NCBI GenBank assembly: GCA_964621475.1
Contig: CAZUNC010000001.1
Span: forward strand, 1 to 61,784
From: an uncultured Defluviitaleaceae bacterium
GTDB taxonomy: Bacteria > Bacillota > Clostridia > Lachnospirales > WQUN01
Length of the DNA: 61,784 nucleotides
Direction of reading: 5' to 3'
In this document: piece after piece, positions 1 to 9,523 of the stretch
Layout of the letters: every line of letters starts with the position of its first letter
Numbering within the stretch: the stretch's first letter is position 1
Translations under genes and position numbers: made by a program
The notes under the pieces: model-generated
The model's input: only the letters and a program-made list of their open reading frames with translations
Told to the model about the DNA's origin: nothing
The model's database searches: none

Positions 1-2139
1 GAGCTCACGCAACAGCTCGATATGCTCCTTGTTCTCAACACCTTCGGCAACTGTATGCATACCGAGATCTTTAGCTAACTTTATCACGTTTAACAAAACA
101 GTCTTAGAGCGTTCGGGGTTCTGTGCATTTACAAAGAAGCTGCGGTCGATCTTTATAACGTCAAAAGCGATGTTCTTCAAAAGTCCGAGCGAACTGTAGC
201 CAGTGCCGAAATCGTCCATCGACAGCGTGAATCCAGCCCTGTGCAACTTGTCAAGCACATCGGTCAGTAGTGCCTCGTTATCAAATACGGCAGTCTCGGT
301 GATCTCGATCTCGAGATACTGATGTGGGGTGTTGTGTTTATCCGATATGCGGCATAGATCCTCGACAAAGTTCGCATTACTTAAATGCATACGCGAGAAG
401 TTTACGGAGACTGTAATAGGCCTTTGCCCGTCGGCGATCATGTTTGTGACAAATTTACACGCCTCCTCGAACATAAACATATCGAGCTTTAACACAAAGC
501 CGTTCTGCTCAAATACAGGCACGAAATCAGCAGGGTGCATGATAAAGCGTCCGTTTACCCACCAGCGCGCGAGCGCCTCGGCCCCGGCGATACTCTCGTC
601 AACCAGGTATCGCTTGGGTTGAAGAAACATCTTGAATTCTCCACCCGCGAGTGCGGACTCCATGCGGTTTTCGATCTCCTTTATGTCTAACGCTTCTTTA
701 ATGATCTGTTCGTCGTACAGACAGTAATCCGATTGCAGTTTCTTGGCTTTGCGGTGAGCCATGTTAGCCTTTTCGAGCGCGGCGGCAATGTCTTCCCAGT
801 CCTTTTCACGAACGATGTAATATCCGGCTGGGAACATGATGTTATATGAGAAATCGTTACCCATGTATTCAAAGAACCGATATATCACCTCGTTACGTAA
901 CTTCCGGATGTCGGATTCGGCGTTGTATTCGAGTAGTAATACGAACTCATCTATGTTCATGCGCGCGAATAGATGCTTTTCGTGTTCAAAAGAGTCTCTT
1001 AAAGCATTTACACAATTCTTCAACACCATATCGCCGGTCGCAAAACCGTAAATACGGTTAATTAGCTTAAAACGGTCTACATCAAATTTAATCAATATGA
1101 ACTTTGTGTCGGGATATTCCTCAAGCATACGCTGGGCATCCATTTTGAACTTTGCAAGGGTAGGGGCTCCGGTCAGTTCATCGACGAATGCGATATCGGA
1201 CAGATGTTTTACATGCTTTCGCTGCATATCTATGAGTATTACCAGCAAAAATGTGAATATCAATGCGAAGACGATTGTCAGTATGTAGACAACGGTCAGG
1301 ATATTGTTTGTGTTTGCTGATATGACATCGTCGGGCACAATCGAAAAGATATTCCAGTCATTGATCGGTATCGTAGCGTAATGCACAAGACGTTTCTTGC
1401 CGTTAAGCATGTATCTAGAATGCCCGGATTTATTTTGATAGAGGTTTTCCTGCATCGTCTCAAAGCTATCGTTTGCGTAAAATTCCGCGTGCTCCCAGTC
1501 GGAAAATAGGTTGTTGCCCTGTGTCAATGAATACCCGTTAACAGTGCGCGCAATTATAACGCCCTCGTTGTTGGTTATATAGGCGTAACCACGCTTGTCA
1601 AACGAGCTCAGAAACAGGCTATTTAAACGCTCGGCCGTGTATGATCCGTAAAGCACGCCGATGATACCGTCCTCGTTTACTATCGGCGCGGAGATAGCGA
1701 TTACATTTACAGGTCTGATGCGCGACATAAAAGGATTGGATATAAAAGTCTCACCATTCATTGCATGCTGAAAGAAGGGCCTGTCACCAACAAAGGTTGT
1801 AGTCCCAGTGTTGTTAAAGCTTTTACCGTCTGGGTGTGCTACACCTAAGAACTCAAACGTAGTTTTACCGACCAGTTCATCCAATTTCTCTGAGGTAATA
1901 TCTTCCAGTGTGCCATTCGGGTCTATCAGTGCAGCGATGCTTTCAATGAGGAATTTTTCATCGCTAAGGGTCGTTGTAAAGTTGTAGGACTGTTGCTCCA
2001 TTATTTCCTGGAGCGTTGTGCAGGTGGTCTTACTCAGATTATTCTTAATCGTATAGTTCAGAACAACAAGGCTGATAATGATAATTATAGATGCTACAGC
2101 TAATGCGACTGCATACCATCTGTTTGTGTATTTCAACAC
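1..2139 (-). CDS. Sensor c-di-GMP phosphodiesterase: dCache-like extracytoplasmic domain + degenerate GGDEF (NIDEF) + EAL; C-terminus cut by window edge
   Basis: Not in the ORF track. The minus strand is open for 713 codons from GTG 2139 (or TTG 2136) to position 1, behind SD GGAGGGG (2150-2144). My translation reads VLKYTNRWYAVALAVASIIIIISLVV..., with FARMNIDEF, AGAEALARWW, EIEITE, DDFGTGYSSL and VAEGVENKEHIELLREL. Clear paralog of the 57241-59445 product. Confidence 0.8.
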   Translation of the reverse strand, partial: MLKYTNRWYAVALAVASIIIIISLVVLNYTIKNNLSKTTCTTLQEIMEQQSYNFTTTLSDEKFLIESIAALIDPNGTLEDITSEKLDELVGKTTFEFLGVAHPDGKSFNNTGTTTFVGDRPFFQHAMNGETFISNPFMSRIRPVNVIAISAPIVNEDGIIGVLYGSYTAERLNSLFLSSFDKRGYAYITNNEGVIIARTVNGYSLTQGNNLFSDWEHAEFYANDSFETMQENLYQNKSGHSRYMLNGKKRLVHYATIPINDWNIFSIVPDDVISANTNNILTVVYILTIVFALIFTFLLVILIDMQRKHVKHLSDIAFVDELTGAPTLAKFKMDAQRMLEEYPDTKFILIKFDVDRFKLINRIYGFATGDMVLKNCVNALRDSFEHEKHLFARMNIDEFVLLLEYNAESDIRKLRNEVIYRFFEYMGNDFSYNIMFPAGYYIVREKDWEDIAAALEKANMAHRKAKKLQSDYCLYDEQIIKEALDIKEIENRMESALAGGEFKMFLQPKRYLVDESIAGAEALARWWVNGRFIMHPADFVPVFEQNGFVLKLDMFMFEEACKFVTNMIADGQRPITVSVNFSRMHLSNANFVEDLCRISDKHNTPHQYLEIEITETAVFDNEALLTDVLDKLHRAGFTLSMDDFGTGYSSLGLLKNIAFDVIKIDRSFFVNAQNPERSKTVLLNVIKLAKDLGMHTVAEGVENKEHIELLREL

Positions 2140-2149
2140 ATTACCCCTC

Positions 2150-4381
2150 CTAAAGCCCGAGTTGATAATTAAGACCGTTTTCCTTTTTATCCTTTTCCTT
2201 TATAAAATGTCCCGTAGACGGGAGCCTTTCTGCTTGATAATAAGTAATATCCTCCGTTATAAATTGTTCGGGATAGATCACTCGCGAGAGTTTTGAACGA
2301 CGCTTTAACGTGAACACCTGAACACCCGATGAGGATTTCGATGCGATAGGGTTTAGTGCCGAGGTGTTGAACACAAACGCCTTGTCATCATCCCGCATCA
2401 CGAATACGTCTCTATCCTCGATTAGATGTATCGCCGAGACGAGTGGGGACTTATCAGAAAACGCGTTAATAAGCTTCTTACGGTTCATCTTGGTAGCGTA
2501 TGCCGACATCGGTATCTTTGACATCTTGCCGTTTTCATAAGCGAACAGCATGTGACCCGAGTAATCAGTCGTGATGACCATCTGAAGTATGCGTTCGTCC
2601 TCATCTAATGAGAGCAGGTTTGTCAGATACTCACCGAGGTTAGACGCCTTTGTGTCGGGCAGGTCATAGAGCTTTGCCTTATAGACACAGCAACGATCCG
2701 AAAAGAACAGGATCTCCGACTTGTTCTGTGCATCGATCTCGGCCACGATGCTGTCTCCGGGTTTTAAATTCTGCTCGGACGACGAACGAAGTGATATCAG
2801 TGAGATCTTCTTGAAATAACCCTGTGCGGTCATAAAGACCTTCAGGCTATAATCCTCAATGAATGCCTCCTCGGGTATGGCTTCGATATGCGCTTCATGA
2901 ATGATCTCCGTGCGGCGAGGCTTGCCGAATTTCTTTGCGATGTCCTTAAGCTGACTAGCGATCAGCTGCTTGATCTTAAGCTCGCTGCCTAATAGCGCCT
3001 TGAGCTCCTCCATCTCCTTACGAAGTTTGTCGAGTTCGTTGATCTGTGAGAGCAAAAAGGCCTTGTTCAGGTTACGCAACTTGATTTCGCAGATGTATTC
3101 GGCCTGGTTTCGGTCGATGTTAAAGCCCTTTATGAGGTTCGGTATGACCTCTGCGTCCTCGTCTGTGCCGCGGATGATCGCTATGGCCTTGTCTATATCC
3201 AATACCACCGCAGACAAACCCTCGAGCAGATGGATACGCTCGGCTTTTTTGCGCAGATCAAAACCGATCTGACCCTTTATACAGCCTATGCGAAAGCGTA
3301 GCCATTCGTCGATGATTTCTTTTATACCCATCGTGCGTGGCCGCCCGTCGATAAGAATGTTGAAGTTGCAGTTAAAGGTCTCCGAAAGCGGTGTCAGTGA
3401 AAAGAGTCTGCTCATCAGCAGTTCATGGTTACAGCTCTTTTTTATATCTATAGCGATCTTGAGGCCGTTGATGTCCGTTTCGTCGCGTACATCGTTGATG
3501 TCCTTTAGCTTGCCTGTTTTGACGAGGCTTACGATCTTGTCGATGATCGCCTCAAGCGTAGTCGTATATGGTATCTCGTAAACCTCTATGCAGCTGTTCT
3601 TTTGATCGTAACGGTATTTTGCCTTAAGCTTAAAACCGCCGCGTCCGGTCGCATAGATAGCCTCTATATCCTTCTCGTTATAAATAAGCTGACCACCTGT
3701 AGAAAAATCCGGCGCGATCAGGTATTTGGACAGTTGAATCTCAGGGTTCTTAATATATGCGATAACCGTATCGCAAACCTCGGTGAGGTTAAAGCTGCTG
3801 ACATTACTAGCCATACCGACCGCGATGCCGAGGTTTGGCGTGACCAACACATTCGGGAATGTGGTCGGTAAAAGGAGCGGTTCTTTCATCGTGGAGTTAT
3901 AGTTGTCTATTAGCGATACGGTTTCCTTGTCGATGTCCTTGAAGATCTCCGTGCACAAAGGATCGAGCTTGACCTCTGTATACCGGCTTGCAGCGGATGC
4001 CATGTCACGCGAATAATGCTTGCCAAAATTACCTTTTGATTCCACGAACGGATGTAAAAGTGCATCATAACCACGCGTGAGGCGCACCATAGTCTCATAT
4101 ATAGCAAGATCACCGTGTGGATTTAGACGCATCGTTTGACCCACAACATCGGCGGATTTTATTTTATTACCGGTCAAAAGCCCCATCTTATACATCGTGT
4201 ACAAGAGCTTTCGGTGAGAGGGTTTGAAGCCATCTATCTCAGGTATAGCACGCGATACGATGACACTCATCGTGTACGGCATATAATTGATCTCAAGCGT
4301 ATCTACGATATTCTGTTCAATAATAGCGGCTTTTTTGACGGATGTGCCGCTCTTGCGGTCGTCAGTCGTATTCTTTTTCAT
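2150..4381 (-). CDS. parC: Type IIA DNA topoisomerase subunit A (ParC-like, GyrA family)
   Basis: 743 aa. Motifs RAIPEIDGFKPSHRKLLY, NPHGDLAIYETMVRL (QRDR region) and AASRYTEVKL (catalytic Tyr). Short C-terminal domain with no GyrA-box (QRRGGKG-like) seen, so ParC-like rather than GyrA. ATGA overlap with the B-subunit gene. Confidence 0.85.
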   Translation of the reverse strand: MKKNTTDDRKSGTSVKKAAIIEQNIVDTLEINYMPYTMSVIVSRAIPEIDGFKPSHRKLLYTMYKMGLLTGNKIKSADVVGQTMRLNPHGDLAIYETMVRLTRGYDALLHPFVESKGNFGKHYSRDMASAASRYTEVKLDPLCTEIFKDIDKETVSLIDNYNSTMKEPLLLPTTFPNVLVTPNLGIAVGMASNVSSFNLTEVCDTVIAYIKNPEIQLSKYLIAPDFSTGGQLIYNEKDIEAIYATGRGGFKLKAKYRYDQKNSCIEVYEIPYTTTLEAIIDKIVSLVKTGKLKDINDVRDETDINGLKIAIDIKKSCNHELLMSRLFSLTPLSETFNCNFNILIDGRPRTMGIKEIIDEWLRFRIGCIKGQIGFDLRKKAERIHLLEGLSAVVLDIDKAIAIIRGTDEDAEVIPNLIKGFNIDRNQAEYICEIKLRNLNKAFLLSQINELDKLRKEMEELKALLGSELKIKQLIASQLKDIAKKFGKPRRTEIIHEAHIEAIPEEAFIEDYSLKVFMTAQGYFKKISLISLRSSSEQNLKPGDSIVAEIDAQNKSEILFFSDRCCVYKAKLYDLPDTKASNLGEYLTNLLSLDEDERILQMVITTDYSGHMLFAYENGKMSKIPMSAYATKMNRKKLINAFSDKSPLVSAIHLIEDRDVFVMRDDDKAFVFNTSALNPIASKSSSGVQVFTLKRRSKLSRVIYPEQFITEDITYYQAERLPSTGHFIKEKDKKENGLNYQLGL

Positions 4382-6399
4382 ACGGCCTCCGTGATGTCGA
4401 TATATTTATGACCATGTTCCTCGATGTATTCCTTGCGGCCCTTGATGTTGTCTCCGAGTAAGATATCAAACATCTGCTGTGTACTTTGGATGTCCGACGG
4501 GGTCACGAGTATGAGCTTTCTGGTTTCAGGGTTCATCGTCGTGTGCCACATCATGTCAGGCTCGTTTTCACCCAGACCCTTTGAACGTTGGATTGTGATT
4601 TTACCGGAGAGTTTCTTTACGATCTCGTCACGTTCTGCATCGCTGTATGCGAACAGGGTCTTTTTTGCGTTCGTGATCTCATAGAGTGGGGACTCCGCTA
4701 TAAACACCTTGCGCGCATCGATAAGCGTAGGGGTAAGGCGATAAAGCATCGTTAATATCAACGCGCGGATCTGGAAGCCGTCCACGTCCGCGTCTGTGCA
4801 GATGATGATCTTGCTCCATTTGAGCGAGTTTAGATCAAAGCTGTTCAGGTCCTTGTTATGTCGGGATTTGATCTCGACACCGCAACCCAGAACACGCAGC
4901 AGATCCGTAATGATGTCACTCGCGAAGATGCGGTCGTAATCGGCCTTGAGGCAGTTCAATATCTTGCCGCGCACAGGCATGATAGCCTGAAACTCTGCGT
5001 CTCTGCCGAGTTTGCACGCACCGAGCGCTGAATCACCCTCGACGATATATATCTCGCGCTTTTCTATGTCCTTTGAGCGGCAGTTAACGAATTTCTCGAC
5101 GCGGTTATTGATATCGATGGAACCAGTGAGCTTTTTCTTTATGGATATGCGCGTCTTTTCTGCGGATTCCCGGCTGTGTTTATTGACCATAACCTGTGCG
5201 GCTATACGATCCGCGTCGGCTTTGTTCTCTATGAAATATACCTCGAGCTGTTTCTTCAGGAAGTCTGTCATATATTCCTGTATGAATTTATTAGTGATCG
5301 ACTTTTTCGTCTGGTTCTCGTAGCTTGTGACCGTTGAGAAAGAGCTCGATATCAATACAAGGCTATCCTCGATATCCACATAACCGATCTTCTTCTCGTC
5401 CTTTTTATATAACCCGGCGTTTTTGATATAACTGTCGATTGCGGAAACAAACGCCGAGCGCACGGCCTTGTCCGGAGAACCGCCATGCTCCAAAAAGCTC
5501 GAGTTGTGATAATACTCTACAACGTTTACATCATTTGAAAAGCAAAACGTGAGTTGAAACTTGAGCTTGTACGCGGGTTTGTCCTCGCGGTCGCTGCCAG
5601 TGGCTTCACTGGAAAAGAGATGCGGGCGTGTAAGTCCATTTTCACCTACGAGCTCGTTTATATAGTCCGTGATTCCGTTTTGATACAAGAAGTGGTATTC
5701 CTGTGGTTCGCCATCAGTCAGCTCATCCGTAAGCACAAACAGCAAACCCGCGTTTACTACGGCCTGCCGTTTCAGGGTTTCTGTGTAGTACTCAAGCGGT
5801 ATACGTATGTCCGTGAATACCTCGAGATCGGGCTTCCAGGTGATCGCGGTGCCTGTGGGCACTTTGTCGCTAATGGGCTCGGATTTTAGGCCTCCGACGT
5901 TCTCGCCTTTTTCGAAATGCAGTGTATATTTTTTACCGTCACGTATGACTGTGACGTCCATGTATTCGGAGCTGTATTGCGTTGAACAGAGCCCAAGGCC
6001 ATTCAGCCCCAGGCTGTAGGAGTAATTGGAGTCGCTGTTGTTGTCAAACTTGCCGCCCGCGTATAACTCGCAGAATACAAGCTCCCAGTTAAAGCGTTGC
6101 TCCTTTGGGTTGTAATCGACAGGGCAACCGCTCGCGTAGTCACGTACGGTTATCGAATAATCCTTATGGCGTGTGATCTCGATACGCTTGCCAAAACCCT
6201 CGCGCGCCTCGTCTATAGAATTGGATATGATTTCAAATACAGAATGTTGGCAACCCTCTATGCCGTCCGAACCAAATATGACACCCGGACGCTTCCTGAC
6301 GCGATCCGCGCCTTTGAGGGAGGTGATGCTTTCATTGTTATATTGGCGTTTCTGGCGCTTGTGTTCGTTACTTAATTTTGTTTCCGTTCTTGTTTCCAT
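4378..6399 (-). CDS. parE: Type IIA DNA topoisomerase subunit B (ParE-like, GyrB family)
   Basis: 673 aa. GHKL ATPase motifs (EIISNSIDEA, GLNGLG), a QTK loop, TOPRIM EGDSA and DADVDG, PVRGKILN, KGLGEN. Confidence 0.85.
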   Translation of the reverse strand: METRTETKLSNEHKRQKRQYNNESITSLKGADRVRKRPGVIFGSDGIEGCQHSVFEIISNSIDEAREGFGKRIEITRHKDYSITVRDYASGCPVDYNPKEQRFNWELVFCELYAGGKFDNNSDSNYSYSLGLNGLGLCSTQYSSEYMDVTVIRDGKKYTLHFEKGENVGGLKSEPISDKVPTGTAITWKPDLEVFTDIRIPLEYYTETLKRQAVVNAGLLFVLTDELTDGEPQEYHFLYQNGITDYINELVGENGLTRPHLFSSEATGSDREDKPAYKLKFQLTFCFSNDVNVVEYYHNSSFLEHGGSPDKAVRSAFVSAIDSYIKNAGLYKKDEKKIGYVDIEDSLVLISSSFSTVTSYENQTKKSITNKFIQEYMTDFLKKQLEVYFIENKADADRIAAQVMVNKHSRESAEKTRISIKKKLTGSIDINNRVEKFVNCRSKDIEKREIYIVEGDSALGACKLGRDAEFQAIMPVRGKILNCLKADYDRIFASDIITDLLRVLGCGVEIKSRHNKDLNSFDLNSLKWSKIIICTDADVDGFQIRALILTMLYRLTPTLIDARKVFIAESPLYEITNAKKTLFAYSDAERDEIVKKLSGKITIQRSKGLGENEPDMMWHTTMNPETRKLILVTPSDIQSTQQMFDILLGDNIKGRKEYIEEHGHKYIDITEAV

Positions 6400-6513
6400 G
6401 ATGCCTCCACTTGAATGATTCTTTGGTATTAACCCAGATTATAGCATATGGGTATGAATAAATCTATTAGCTTTGTCATTATGCATAAAAATGAATAATG
6501 TTCCCAATACTTG

Positions 6514-6542
6514 TTGACTTTTACGTATTAATGGCATAACAT
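6514..6542 (+). promoter_or_regulatory. Sigma-A-type promoter for the ABC importer operon
   Basis: TTGACT (6514-6519), 17-nt spacer, TAACAT (6537-6542), about 85 nt upstream of the start codon. Confidence 0.45.
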
Positions 6543-6627
6543 CTTCTTTGATTTATTCTGCATAATAATCCGTCGGAGATTTTATACGGAATGAATTGCG
6601 TATATTTATAATTTTATGGAGGGAAAT

Positions 6628-7650
6628 ATGAAGAAAGCAATCTTGACATCAATCCTTGCTGCCGTTATGACACTGTCCTTGACGGCATGTGGTGCGTCCG
6701 GCACATCCGGTACACAAGCGGGTGCACAAACGCAGGGCACAGACGGCAATACCACATCGAGCACAAAGACTTACACCGTAGGCATTTGTCAGCTGGTGCA
6801 ACATCCGGCGTTGGACGCGGCTACAAACGGCTTTAAGGATGCACTAAAGGCAAAGCTCGGCGACAGCGTCAAGTTTGATGAGCAAAACGCGTCTGCAGAT
6901 ACCGCAACCTGCGCTGTTATAGCTAACCAGTTTGTATCATCGAATGTCGACCTGATTATGGCGAATGCTACACCGGCTCTGCAAGCGGCTCAGACCGCTA
7001 CGAGCAAGATCCCGATCCTCGGTACCTCTGTAACCGATTACGGTACGGCTCTTAATATCGATAACTGGTCTGGCACAACTGGTAAGAATATCTCCGGTAC
7101 ATCGGATCTCGCACCGTTAGACAAGCAGGCCGCGATGTTGAACGAGCTGTTCCCCGATGCCAAGAATGTCGGCATCCTCTATTGCTCATCCGAGCCGAAC
7201 TCTAAATATCAGGCACAGGTAATCGCAAAGGAACTAAATGGCATGGGTTATACATGCAAGGAATATACATTCTCGGATTCGAACGATTTGCAATCTGTAG
7301 TCACGACAGCGGCATCTGAGTCGGATGTCATCTATGTACCGACGGACAACAGCGTTGCCTCGAATACAGAGATCATCAAGAATGTCTGCGTACCTGCAAA
7401 TGTACCGGTTATCGCGGGCGAGGAGGGCATATGTGCGGGCTGCGGCGTAGCAACACTGTCCATAAGCTATTATGACCTGGGTTACACGACCGGTGAAATG
7501 GCATACGAAATCCTCGCAAACGGCGCCGATCCGGCAACCATGGAAATCAAATACGCACCTAAATTTACACAGCTGTATAACCCCGAAATCTGTAAGGCAC
7601 TCGGAATAACTCCGCCCGACACATATAAGGCTATAGAAAAGTCTGAGTAA
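6628..7650 (+). CDS. ABC transporter substrate-binding lipoprotein (ABC_sub_bind / COG2984 type)
   Basis: Signal peptide with lipobox LTAC|G and a Ser/Thr/Gly-rich linker. Start placed at ATG 6628 behind GGAGGG; the track ORF starts at 6616. Followed by cognate permease and ATPase genes. Confidence 0.8.
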   Translation: MKKAILTSILAAVMTLSLTACGASGTSGTQAGAQTQGTDGNTTSSTKTYTVGICQLVQHPALDAATNGFKDALKAKLGDSVKFDEQNASADTATCAVIANQFVSSNVDLIMANATPALQAAQTATSKIPILGTSVTDYGTALNIDNWSGTTGKNISGTSDLAPLDKQAAMLNELFPDAKNVGILYCSSEPNSKYQAQVIAKELNGMGYTCKEYTFSDSNDLQSVVTTAASESDVIYVPTDNSVASNTEIIKNVCVPANVPVIAGEEGICAGCGVATLSISYYDLGYTTGEMAYEILANGADPATMEIKYAPKFTQLYNPEICKALGITPPDTYKAIEKSE

Positions 7651-7684
7651 TAATAATCTTCCCGCACAAGGAGATGAATGAACT

Positions 7685-8611
7685 GTGAATATTATGAATC
7701 TACTGACAGCACTGCCGGGAAACGCAGCCCAGGGTATCATCTGGGGCATAATGGCGCTCGGTGTGTTCATTACGTTTCGCCTGCTTGATTTCCCGGATCT
7801 GACGGTAGACGGCTCCTTTGCGACCGGAGGCGCGATAACGGTTGTTCTTATTGTTGCGGGAGTGCCGGCTCCGTTGGCTCTCGCGATAGCGGTCGCGGCG
7901 GGAAGCCTCGCCGGTCTTGTGACGGGGCTATTACATACCGCATTGGGCATCCCGGGGATATTATCGGGAATATTGACGCAGATCTCATTGTGGTCTGTTA
8001 ACCTGTTGATACTGAGCGGTGCGAACAAGGCCGTAAACGTAGATAAATATTCGTTGATAGTGAGCCTTCGAAATGTGGGGGGCTCTATAGCAGCGGTATC
8101 GATTATCTCGGTGGTGTTGATCTGTCTGTTGTATTGGTATTTTGGCACCGAGCAGGGCAGTGCGTTACGAGCTACGGGTAGCAACCCGCATATGGCCAAG
8201 GCTCAGGGCATCAACATCGACGCAATGAAGGTCATCGCACTGTGCATATCAAACGGATTGGTAGCACTGTCCGGCGGGTTATTATCCCAGTATCAGGGCT
8301 TCGCGGATATCAAGATGGGGCAGGGTGCTATCGTTATAGGCCTTGCGGCTGTCATCATCGGTGAGGTACTCGATATCGCGCTCATCGGCAAATATGTGAA
8401 CTTTGCAATTAGGCTATTGTTTGTGATTATCGGCGGCATTGTTTACTATTTCGTTATCGGGCTTGTAATGTGGCTGCGGATGCCTACGGATATGCTGAAG
8501 CTCTTGACCGCGTGTATCGTGGCCGTATTCCTTGCTGTGCCCTATCTCAGAACAAAGGCAAAGACATCCTTTGCATTAGCCGGGAAAAGGAGTGCGCGTA
8601 AAAATGCTTGA
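7685..8611 (+). CDS. ABC transporter permease (COG4120 type)
   Basis: 308 aa, highly hydrophobic with multiple TM segments. GTG start 11 nt after AAGGAG. Lies between the binding-protein and ATPase genes. Confidence 0.8.
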   Translation: MNIMNLLTALPGNAAQGIIWGIMALGVFITFRLLDFPDLTVDGSFATGGAITVVLIVAGVPAPLALAIAVAAGSLAGLVTGLLHTALGIPGILSGILTQISLWSVNLLILSGANKAVNVDKYSLIVSLRNVGGSIAAVSIISVVLICLLYWYFGTEQGSALRATGSNPHMAKAQGINIDAMKVIALCISNGLVALSGGLLSQYQGFADIKMGQGAIVIGLAAVIIGEVLDIALIGKYVNFAIRLLFVIIGGIVYYFVIGLVMWLRMPTDMLKLLTACIVAVFLAVPYLRTKAKTSFALAGKRSARKNA

Positions 8612-9398
8612 GCTTAAAAACATCCACAAGACCTTTAACATCTCCACTATAAATGAAAAGAAGGCGCTAAATGGTATTGATCTGCGGTTACAGGAGGGTG
8701 ACTTCGTAACCGTGATCGGTGGTAATGGTGCCGGAAAATCGACCATGCTGAACGCGATATCAGGGGCTTGGCCGGTTGATGACGGTTCAGTAATAATTAA
8801 CGGTACTGATGTTACAGCCATGCCCGAGCATAAGCGCGCTTCATTTATCGGACATGTGTTTCAGGACCCGATGAAAGGGACCGCGCCGAACATGAGCATA
8901 GAGGAAAACTTGGCCTTGGCATTTCGTAGAGGTAGGAGACGCACACTGCGTTGGGGAATCACGAAAGCGGAGCGCGGACGCTATCTGGATTATCTAAAGA
9001 CCCTCGGATTGGGACTCGAGGATCGCATGACCACAAAGGTTGGTCTGCTTTCTGGCGGTCAGCGTCAAGCCCTAACGCTTATAATGGCTACATTACAGAA
9101 ACCTATGCTACTACTGCTCGACGAGCATACGGCAGCCCTCGACCCGGCCACGGCCGCAAAGGTCTTGGAACTAACCGAGAGGATTGTATCCGACAACAAT
9201 CTCACGGTCATGATGATCACACATAACATGACGGATGCGATACGCCATGGCAACAGGCTGTTGATGATGAATATGGGCAAGATCATCCTCGATATCTCAG
9301 GAGAAGAAAAGAGACAGCTTAAGAAGGCAGACTTGATCAGCAAGTTTACGGAGCTTGCAGGCGTGCAGGAAGAGACTGACGCTATGCTGCTGTCGTAA
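8604..9398 (+). CDS. ABC transporter ATP-binding protein (COG1101 type)
   Basis: Walker A GGNGAGKS, signature LSGGQRQ, Walker B LLLLDEHTAALD, H-loop ITHN. ATG 8604 lies behind AAGGAG; the track ORF begins at GTG 8592. Confidence 0.85.
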   Translation: MLELKNIHKTFNISTINEKKALNGIDLRLQEGDFVTVIGGNGAGKSTMLNAISGAWPVDDGSVIINGTDVTAMPEHKRASFIGHVFQDPMKGTAPNMSIEENLALAFRRGRRRTLRWGITKAERGRYLDYLKTLGLGLEDRMTTKVGLLSGGQRQALTLIMATLQKPMLLLLDEHTAALDPATAAKVLELTERIVSDNNLTVMMITHNMTDAIRHGNRLLMMNMGKIILDISGEEKRQLKKADLISKFTELAGVQEETDAMLLS

Positions 9399-9415
9399 TG
9401 GGGAGTAAAAAAATA

Positions 9416-9469
9416 CCACAGATTTACACGGATATATGTTTTATCCATGTAGATCTGTGGTTATCTTTT
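9416..9469 (+). terminator. Rho-independent terminator of the ABC importer operon
   Basis: 17-bp stem CCACAGATTTACACGGA / TCCATGTAGATCTGTGG (2 mismatches) followed by TTATCTTTT. Confidence 0.75.
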
Positions 9470-9523
9470 ATAACAGCAATACGTTTTGGATAAGCTTTAG
9501 ATAATAAGAGAGGAGCAAATGAA

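Noticed and set aside
6400-6627. Possible T-box or riboswitch leader upstream of the COG2984-type ABC importer (such importers are T-box-controlled in some Firmicutes)
   Set aside because: Only about 85 nt lie between the promoter-like elements and the start codon. There is no specifier or antiterminator-like architecture and no terminator hairpin, only a small 5-bp stem.
7234-8199. 321-aa minus-strand ORF spanning the ABC binding-protein and permease genes
   Set aside because: It is antisense to two genes with clear family motifs. The product is Arg/Cys/Ala-rich and low-complexity, there is no SD, and it crosses an intergenic gap. This is a typical shadow ORF of a GC-richer coding region.
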